From Eledone cirrhosa (Eukaryota), in contig OZ024740.1 of assembly GCA_964016885.1 (NCBI GenBank), positions 157,914,001 through 157,978,000 on the forward strand: a stretch of 64,000 nucleotides of DNA. Reading direction: 5' to 3'. Made by a program: the position numbers and the translations under genes. The first letter of the stretch is position 1; the number at the start of each line of letters is the position of its first letter. Shown piece by piece: positions 51,840-64,000 of the stretch. Below the pieces are notes generated by a model, which saw only the letters and a program-made list of their open reading frames with translations, was not told where the DNA came from and searched no databases.

Positions 51840-52372
51840 TTAAAATAACAGATTAAAGTTTGAACAAGGAATCGCTGCTTCCACCCTTACCGGCATTTTC
51901 TGAAACTAAAAAAAAAATCATTCTGTGAACGGAGAAGTAAATATTTCGAAAAACGTTTCAACCGAAGGAAAACAGGAAGACGATAATTTGGTTCGTGAAG
52001 ACGTTCCCTGGGAATGATATCTACCATAAACGTGGTTTTGTCTTTGCGTGTAATTGTTCTCATCGTTACACATAATGACGTATTATCTTCGCTTTTTTCC
52101 GTTCATTGGCAAGGAACGATTCCACGAACCAAAGTATCGTCTTCCTGTTTTCCTTCGGTTGCAACGTTTTTCGAAATATTTACTTCTGCGTTCACAGATT
52201 GATTTTTTTTAGTTTCAGAAGATCCCGTTAAGGGTGGAAGCAGCGATTCCTTGCTCAAACATTAATCTGTTATTTTAATAAATATTTGCTCTACGGTTCA
52301 TATATATTTGATATATATTTATCCTTATCCAGCCCTCTTTGGATTTTAGTCTTCACATTTATTATTATTACT
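51840..52372. repeat. Two tail-to-tail copies of the 19148 family forming a ~175-bp-arm inverted repeat
   Basis: 51840-52016 versus 52103-52280. Confidence 0.88.
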
Positions 52373-53014
52373 ATATATATATATAAATGTATATATATAT
52401 ATATATATGTGTGTGTGTATGTGTGTATGCGCGCGTTTATATATGTGGGTGGGTGTGTATTTATATGAGTGTGCGTGTGTATGTCAGTGCGTTTGTGTGT
52501 ATGTTAAAGTGTGCGTGCGCGGACGCGTGTATAATAGCCCAATCTAAATAACAAAATACATAGTATGCAATAAACTCTCAACTACAGGTAGATGTGGTTC
52601 GTGTCAGGTTGGTAACGTAAACACGGCTTTCTCTTGCTTTTTGTTTTAGATGAATTTATATCACAGAACATAGTTATGTGGAGTGTAAAATCATATATAT
52701 ATATATTAAGTATTAATTTAACAATGAAAATAATAACAACAAAGTCGAGTTATTTTACCTATTCATATCATTGTATTATGAACTTTTCGGAGAGTTGATC
52801 ATATTGACATATTGACTGATATATAGCAGTTATATAACTGTATACTATCATATTTCATATATAGGTTCGATCAGACCGTCTTCTTCGGAAACAATAGTTC
52901 TATCTACGGTACGGACCCTACCACCAAGGGTAGACGACAATGAAAAAAAAAACATATATATATATAAATATTCAATATATTAATAAATGGAAACTATATT
53001 TATAAAACCATAAT

Positions 53015-53080
53015 TATTTTATTATATATATTTTAAGGGCAACCAAGGCAAATTATGGTGCGCTTTCATCAGATAAAATA
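53015..53080 (-). ncRNA. Hammerhead motif, G12-to-A variant (predicted inactive)
   Basis: Inverted twin of 53169-53234 with AAAA in place of GAAA. Confidence 0.7.
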
Positions 53081-53168
53081 CAGATTTGTTTTATAAATAA
53101 ATATTGACATACTCGGAAAAAAGACAACCTTAACGGTTGAAGCTTCCAGGAAGCTTCAACCGTTAAGG

Positions 53169-53234
53169 TATTTTATCTGATGAAAGCGCACCATAATTTG
53201 CCTTGGTTGCCTTTGAAATATATATAATAAAATA
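53169..53234 (+). ncRNA. Type I hammerhead ribozyme, intact core
   Basis: tattttat-CTGATGA-aagcgcacca(taatttgcct)tggttgccttt-GAAA-t(atat)a-TA-ataaaata; 8-bp perfect stem I. Confidence 0.82.
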
Positions 53235-53377
53235 ATTATGGTTTTATAAATATAGTTTCCATTTATTAATATATTGAATATTTACTCCACTAATTTGTTG
53301 AGTGCTTTATATCAGTTATAAAAAATGTTAAGCTTGTTGAATCCCAACAAATTAAATATAACCTCTGCATATATATA

Positions 53378-53512
<135 letters not shown>

Positions 53513-53575
53513 TAAAAGGAAAAGAAAATGCTGACATATATATATATACATATATATATACATATATATATATAC

Positions 53576-53608
<33 letters not shown>

Positions 53609-53703
53609 CATATATATATACATATATATATACATATATATATACACACATATATATATATATACATATATATATACACACACATATATATATATATAGT
53701 GAA

Positions 53704-53820
53704 GGCGTGTGGCTGAGTGGTTAGAGTATTGGATTCACAATCGTGAGGTTGTGAGTTCGATTCCTGAACCAGGCGATGCGTTATGTCCTTGAGCAAGACA
53801 CTTTATTTCACGTTGCTCCT
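53704..53820 (+). mobile_element. tRNA-derived CORE-type SINE 5' part
   Basis: A box tggctgagtgg, B box gttcgattc, then the CORE-like gtccttgagcaagacactt. Confidence 0.8.
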
Positions 53821-53921
53821 TCTACCTGGAGTTGCGACCGATAGATAGTATTAGCAATTGGAAAGACCAACGGAAACATAGTTTCCTCGGTCCGATTTGA
53901 CGAAAGTCGATCGACTAGAAT

Positions 53922-54070
<149 letters not shown>

Positions 54071-54163
54071 CATATATACATATACATATATATACATATA
54101 TACATATACATATATACATATATATAAATGGTGATATATATATATATATATACATATATATAC

Positions 54164-54198
<35 letters not shown>

Positions 54199-54354
54199 CA
54201 TATATAGATTTTGAGTTTATGTTGGTTGTATACCAACACCTCAGGCTGCAGGCTGGAGCACTCGACGAAGTGCGCAGGTTGGTTTGGTTACTCCGGAGTA
54301 GTGTAAAATAAAGTTAAATAAAAGTCAAATGATTAAAATTTAGCTTCGTTTATT

Positions 54355-54409
54355 ACTGCTATATATATTTTAGTGACAGCCATCTTTGGCTGTGACCTCT
54401 TCAGGCAGT
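54355..54409 (-). ncRNA. Hammerhead motif, G12-to-A variant
   Basis: Minus strand: actgc-CTGAAGA-ggtcacagcc(aaagat)ggctgtcact-AAAA-t(atat)a-TA-gcagt. Confidence 0.7.
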
Positions 54410-54800
54410 TTGAATTAGTATGGTATAGACAAGTACATATGTTGTTTAGGTGTATGATATTGTCAATACTCTGATATGCCCAGTTCCTTGTTGGGTTGTT
54501 AATTCACTGGGGAACTGGAGTCATATGAATTCAAACAAACGAATTTTAGTGTCACAGGTCCCCTTCTCCTCTCATTGGTCAGTTATTAGTGTTGTCATTG
54601 TTGGAGTTAGCTTAAAAATTGATAAAATGGTAGAAGGGACAAGGTGTTGAAGGAACAAAATATCAAAAAATGTGTCAAACTTCCCATTGTTCAGTTCTGA
54701 GAGCATTCCTCAGTCAGAAGTCTATAGAATTCTTTCTGGGGTGAGGCTCCCTGTAGTGTTTATGCCTGCTATTGTTCAGTACATTTGACCTCGACCATTA
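54410..54800 (-). pseudogene. Possible decayed PLE (Neptune-like) 3' end upstream of the hammerhead motif
   Basis: Weak resemblance to the GIY-YIG C-terminus (HFD..PFY); position next to an HHR is supportive. Confidence 0.35.
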
Positions 54801-55825
54801 TTTTGGTACTGTTGTTGTTGTAGTGGTCAGCTTATATCTTGCTGCTGCTAACAGTTTAGAAGTATTCAGTTTGTGTTTTCTCTTCATCCCACCCGCCACC
54901 ATCGTAGTGGTGGTGGCGGGGGGGGGGGGGGGTTATTTCATGTATATGAAGAAATATAAGGCAATAAATGAAGAAAACAGAAGATAAATAAATAATATAA
55001 TAAAATAAAATAATTAATATAATTTGTGTAATTTGAAAATAAATAAATAAATAGAGAATAAAGAATAAAGAGTAAATGAGAGATTGGTGAAAAAGTAATG
55101 ATAACGTATATGGAGAAGTGAGAAATAATTGTTTCTACTTTTGGCACAAGGCCAGCAATTATCCAGTACATTACTGGTACTTTATTTTATCGACCCCATA
55201 GAAGTGAGAAATAATGTAGGATAAAGTGTGTGTGTGTGTGTGCTATAACCAATCTCAAGGTCAGAATATGTTGGATAGATTGGCATGATACAAGATGTTA
55301 AGATGAGATATTCAATGTGTTTGTGTTATAATCTATCTCAACTTAAAATAAATATAAATATAAAGTTATACAGTGAAGAGGGCAGAAAACAAATAACAAA
55401 TTAATATAGAGAAATCAAGATTTAAGATTGGAACTTTAGAGTCAGAAATCTGGTAAATTAAAAGTGTTTGTGTTATAGATGTTGGCCAGATTATTATGGC
55501 TGTGTCCGATTCTGTCTCTAGGCTATCATGGTGTCTGCTCCGCCTGGGTTGTTCCCTATGGCTTGAGGGGAGTTCACAACCTAGGGTGTTGTAATTGTCC
55601 ATATAGCTTGAGGGAGGTCTGGCCGAGAGGTGTTTTCATGTTCTGTAGAAGTCCCTATAGCTTGAGGGGAGTTCACATCTTCTTGTGTTGCTACTGTCCA
55701 TATATTTTGAGAAAGGTCCCGGCTCTAAGGTGTCTGCATGTCCCGAAGAAGTCGGTTCTGAGGTTTATCAGGCCGCTTCCACCTCTTAGTATCTCGGAAA
55801 AGTATAAGGAAAAGAAAATGCTGAC

Positions 55826-56344
<519 letters not shown>

Positions 56345-57133
56345 CGTATTTAAGAAAGCCACAACAATGCAAAGGGAAATCTCGAGATAGGAAGTGAAAT
56401 ATAGATAGGAAAAACAGGTGAAAGTGAAAGTTGAGAGAGACAAAGATGAAAACAAAACAAAGGTAGAAGGGTTACCGTAGTAGAGATTTAATCCCAATAT
56501 TTCGGGCTCACGCCCATCAACGGGGGAAAAGTTCCAAAAGGGGGGAAAACAGGCCAAGCGGAGAAAGTGGTGATGTCGTTAAGACAGGAATGCCGTTATG
56601 GGGAGAAAAATATTTAAAATTTAAACGAGGGAGAGAATGCGCGTGCGCGTGATAAGCTGTGGCAAAAGCTACTGACCAAATGGGTTAAATCAAGAGGGTG
56701 CGTTAGCGTGTGAAAGCCGTAAGATATGTGTATGTAAATATATATGTGTGTGTGACTGTGTGTGTATAAGTGTAAGTGTGTATATGTGTGAGTGTGTGTG
56801 TGTGTGAAAGATAGTGGGCTGTAGAAGTTGGAAATCAAAGGGTGTGAAAGGTGGTAGGTTGTAAAATATGTGTGCGTGTATAAATATAGATGTGTGTGTG
56901 TAAGCGTATGGGTATACATGTGTGTGTGTAACTGTGTGTGTATATGTGTGAGTGCGTTTGTGTGTGAAAGATAGTGGGCTGTAGAAGCTGGAAATCAAAG
57001 GGTGTGAAAGGTGGTAGGTTGTAAAAACATGTGTGCGTGTAAAATATAGAAGTGTGTGTGCATGCGTATGGGTATGCATATACGTGCGTGTGTGTGAAGA
57101 TAGCAGGCCGTAGGCTGTGAATGGTCATTATGG

Positions 57134-58463
57134 TTAAGTTAGCCATGTCAGCTCATTTCTCTCAGCCCGGTTGTTAAGTGGGGGTCTGAGGTTCTTAATA
57201 ACAAGTGCTTCCTTTATCCTTAAGGATCCGATGCTGCGTTCAGTCGCTAGGACTGTGACCAAGGGTCTACCCTGCGGGTTTCCGCATTTAAAGATATGTT
57301 TACGGAAGGAAGATGCGTTGGTGTTGATATGTTCCTTGATACGAACATGTAGGGGTCGGATGGTGCTACCTATGTAAAACTTGTTACATTTATCGCATTG
57401 AATCTTATATACGACATAGGTGCGTAGGCAATCTGTCCCCCGTATCGGGCAGTTGCTGAGGGAACACGTCCCATCTGCCTCGTAGGGTTTGTTGGAGAGG
57501 CATCTTCGCAGCGAAGGTCCTGTGTGGGCCAAATGTATGTCAAGTCCCTCCGTCCGTATGGCCCTGCGGATGGCGTTCGTGGTATATTCACTCAGGTGGG
57601 GGATTTTAAAGAAGCACCTGCTAATATTAAGTTTTCTAGTGGGTGTCAGTCTACTGGGTCTGGGGTCTCTAATTCCGTTAATCAGTCGCTTGGGATAACC
57701 ATTAGATCTGAGTAGATTACGGAATTGCGTGGTATGGGTGAGACCACCCATCGGGTCGCTGCATCTGTTAGTGATCCGTGTCAGTTCATTTAGGACATAG
57801 CCTCTCTTAGCGTTGTTGGGGAGGGCTGAGTTATAATGCACAAATAAGTCCTTGCACGCTGCTTTGCGGTAGAAAGTGGTGTTTATGTCTCCTTCTTCCG
57901 AGATGTTGATACGGAAGTCGAGGAGGGCGAGTGACCCGTCTTCTCCTGGGTGTTCGATGGTGAAATCGATGTGTTGGTCAGTATCGTTGAAGATTTGGTG
58001 AATTTCATTCGCCATCTCCCGGGAAGAAGTAAGTATCAGGATATCATCAACGTATCTGGAGTAGAAGGCGACGGCGTTGGGTTGGCAGGTATTGAGTGCC
58101 TTGCGTTCCAGGTGGTCCATGTACGAGATCGCAAGTATGCCGGACAGACTAGAGCCCATAGGTAGCCCAGAGATTTGTTTGTACGTGTGGCCGAGGAAAT
58201 TGAAGAGTGCATTATCCACAACGAAGGAGAGGAGTTGGTGGATGTCCGTGTGTGTGAGTCCGAAGCAGTGTAAGTTAGATGCTCGGACTCGTTCGGTCAA
58301 CAGGTCGACAGCTGGGGATGCTGGTACGGAGGTATAAAGGGCGACCACATCAAGACTGAAGGCATAACCGTTGTCCTTTCTGGTGTTGGGCGCCAGATGG
58401 TGTAGTCGCTCCAAGACTTCCTTTGAGCTGCAGACGTGGGCTGGTAGTGTGTGTAGAATAGGT
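57134..58463 (-). CDS. Penelope-like element RT + GIY-YIG ORF (5'-truncated but uninterrupted; tentatively Naiad-like)
   Basis: SLDVVALYTSVP, GLPMGSSLSGILA, RYVDDIL, LALLD, VVYKIQCDKCNKFYIGSTIRPLHVRIKEH, IKEAL..P.LN; the 3'UTR extends to ~56345 with a ~175-bp tandem duplication. Confidence 0.9.
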
Positions 58464-58496
58464 GTAGAATAGAAACCTATTCTACACACACTACCA

Positions 58497-60892
<2,396 letters not shown>

Positions 60893-60894
60893 AT

Positions 60895-63800
60895 ATATGA
60901 CAATATCAACAACTTATGTGAAACAATAAAAACACACCTGAATAACAACACAAATCCTATGCAAGCGAACGAAAAAACACATGACACTAATACACTTACA
61001 ACAAATTAATACCACAATGGTACACATCTCTTAAAAACAGGAAATTCTCCTTTTGGGAGATGATACAAAACAATAACAAACCGGAGATCTATGAAAAATG
61101 GATTAACATCCCTATTAATTATCCCCCGCAAACTACAAATTAAATCCATCCCAAACAAACCCGAGACACAAAGACGCCTCAGAGAAAGAATGGCACTTGT
61201 TAACATAAAAACCAAAATTGAACTCCTTAAATTGAGAGCCCAAGCAAATGAAGATAGGATCAAATCAATCGACGATGAGATTAATCAAGCAATTATCAAT
61301 AAAACCAAAGACACCACCCTAGAAAATATTTCAAAATTATAACGTTGGGAAATAAACGAAACCTGATTCTCTAACTATAAAACACTTTTCCAAAAAGATC
61401 ACACATCCAAGAACCCCTTCATTAAAACCACAATAACAAGAAAACCCAATCACCACCCAAACACCATACAACAACCAACAACAACAAAAAAACAATTCCC
61501 CCCCCACCCCACCCCAATACCAAAAAAAGAAGACATCACCTCGCTACTACCTCCGAAACCCACCACTTAGCTACCACATGGATTCCCAAGCAACAAATAT
61601 AGTAATAGAAAAACATCAGCTACAAGATAGACACTACAACTTCTCTCCCACCAGGAGAAACCATAGAATCCCCCACACTTACAACCCTCCCCCCCCCTAA
61701 CATCCCCACATAAAAAAACCACACCCATCATTACTTTCAACATAGAACCTAAAATACACAACTATCACACATGCCACATAGGGTCTCACAACCTAATCTA
61801 CCTTCATCCACTAACCACATCCTACTACAACACCAGCGGGGACAATACAACCACACGAGACACCCTAACCACTACAACCACCATAACTACACACCATACA
61901 ACAACAACAACAGGACTCAATATAACCACACGAGACAACCCTACTACAACCACCACCAAGTCTACACACCCTACAACAACAGCAGTGCTCAACACAACCA
62001 TACGATACAACACAACTTCAACAACCACCACAACTTCACACCCTATAACCACGTCCATCAAATCTACACACCCTACAACAACAGCAGGGCTCAATACAAC
62101 CACACGATACAACCTAACTTCAACAACCACCACAGCTACACACCATCTAACAACACCAGCAGGGGCCAATACAACCATAAGAGACATCCAAACTTCAACA
62201 ACCATCACAACTTCCGTAGTCATTTTTTAGACACAGCACACAGACACAGGGTAACAAGATAACACAAATCACACAGGAGACACAAAATGTAATAAAAATT
62301 TAACCTCTAAAAAAATTTAACCTCTAAAGAATTAACAACAGACCAAATCAACATACTCTCCAAAGGTCTAAAATTTACATCAACTCCCCAACGACCAAAC
62401 TACTCCGAAATGAAGGAAGATATTGCAGAATTCTGTAGAAAACTAAGACTCAAGGAGCAACTATACGACAAATACAATGAGGATGACTCAATAGCCAGAA
62501 ATAGAAGCAACTACACCCCACCAAAATGCAAGAACAAATTCCTCGATCAATTCTGCGAACACATTACTAATTACCCATACCACCACCTACACAGACATAA
62601 ACAAAAACCAAACCTAAGCAAAAAAGAATGGAATGGTCTTAACAGTGTAAAGAACGACAAAACCCTAACAATCAAAGAGGCAGATAAAGGGAGTGCAGTG
62701 GTCCTTATGAGGACAGATTACTACACGACTCTTAGTACTCTCAACTCTAGAAAACGAAACATAATACGAAAAGTCCCAACACTACACACAACAGAAAATA
62801 ATGAGAAACCTAAAATCCCTAACAACCCTTTACAAAGAAGGCCTTACCGACAAGGAATACAACTACATCACCAATTTCAAAAGCAGAACCAGCCTCTTCT
62901 ACGGTATCCCAAAGACACACAAAAGCGAAGTAATAGGCAGGGCCTGCAAGCAAGCCACAGACATTTACATCAATATATCCCCCCACCCCACCCCCTGATG
63001 ACCTTAAATTAAGACCCATAATAGCAGGTACCACTTGTGAAACCCACCGCCTAAGCAACTTCCTAGATATTCTGCTTAAACCTTTCCTAAAACATAAAAA
63101 GCTTCATACCACCTCCCAACAACACTTAATAATGAACATACCCTACTAGTAACCTTTGATGTCATCAATTTATATTCCAATATCCCACACAACCTAGGTA
63201 TAGAGGCAATACAATTCTGGCTTGAAAATTTCCCTAGTGAACTTCCACAGCGCATCCCTAAAGAATTTGTGTTGGAGGGACTCAAATTCATCTTGGAAAA
63301 CAACTTCTACAGACAGAAATCTGGAACTGCCATGGGCACGAAAGTAGCCCCCTCATACGCCAACCTTGTCATGGAATATTTGGAAACCACTCTCTACCGC
63401 AAAGTTCTAGACAAATACGGAAACCACTTCTACCTACACATAGAAAAAAACTGGAAGAGATATCTGGACGACTGCTTCATCCTCTGGCATGAAAGTATAG
63501 AAAGACTGATTGAGTTGAAAACCCTTCTAAATGGACTCAACACAAACTTACAATTTACAATGGATTACAGCCATGAACAACTCTCTTTCCTCGACATCCT
63601 CATCAAGAAAACAAACAACAAAATAGAAACAGACATATACTACAAACCCACAGACTCCAAACAATATCTTCCATTCAACTTGTGACACCCTCGCCATAGC
63701 AAAATGGCAATTCCTTATAACCTAGCGAGAAGGATCTACACAATAGTTTCAGATAAATACACTTGCTACACACGACTAGAAGAATTAAAGAACACACTTA

Positions 63801-64000
63801 TCAGCAGAAACTACCCACCATCCCTCATCAACAATGGATTCCAACGTGCCCTAAAACTCAACATCCAGGAACTCAGACACCCCACGCCCAGGAATGAACC
63901 GCAACAGAAAACTCTACCATACATCTCCACACACAACTCCCTCAACAATGAGGCATTCGACACCATTCTCCAGAACATTCCTTTACTAAAAAGAGACCCA
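60895..64000 (+). mobile_element. Neptune-type Penelope-like element, frameshifted, continuing beyond the window
   Basis: LSKGLKF, FCRKLRLKE, IKEADKGSAVV, FYGIPKTHK, RPIIAG, TFDVINLYSNIP, GTAMGTKVAPSYANL, WKRYLDDCF, YYKPTD. Confidence 0.9.

Noticed and set aside
53704-53775. tRNA gene
   Set aside because: Has A and B boxes but no proper acceptor stem and continues into a CORE-like SINE body
56490-56528. Hammerhead-like remnant (minus strand) in the 3'UTR of the 57-kb PLE: CCGTTGA-t-gggc(gtga)gccc-GAAA
   Set aside because: Two core mismatches and an unclear stem III; plausible relic by position but not callable

Overview
Eukaryotic, AT-rich, repeat-saturated non-genic DNA. The SINE, LINE and microsatellite content resembles a cephalopod (Octopus-like) genome; this is an inference. 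No host protein-coding gene could be recognised, and almost all short ORFs in the track are translations of (TA)n, (CA)n or (CATA)n microsatellites. The window holds decayed non-LTR retroelements: two R4/Dong copies, a near full-length RTE with several fragments and internally deleted derivatives, CRE-like and CR1-like remnants, and at least five Penelope-like elements (PLEs). It also holds non-autonomous Helitrons, tRNA-derived SINEs, a piggyBac-like MITE and a structurally complete 2.2-kb non-autonomous LTR element (tRNA-Trp PBS, PPT, ATAT TSD). The most striking unannotated layer is RNA-structural: about ten type I hammerhead ribozyme (HHR) motifs on both strands. Most have the minimal palindromic stem III typical of PLE/retrozyme hammerheads. 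They include two with very long stem II insertions, an inverted pair, a 341-bp retrozyme-like unit and a U3-A8 core variant. Many fold-back inverted repeats sit at or around (TA)n tracts, one of them enclosing a locally copied 114-bp segment. All structures were paired by eye, and no folding or database search was run.
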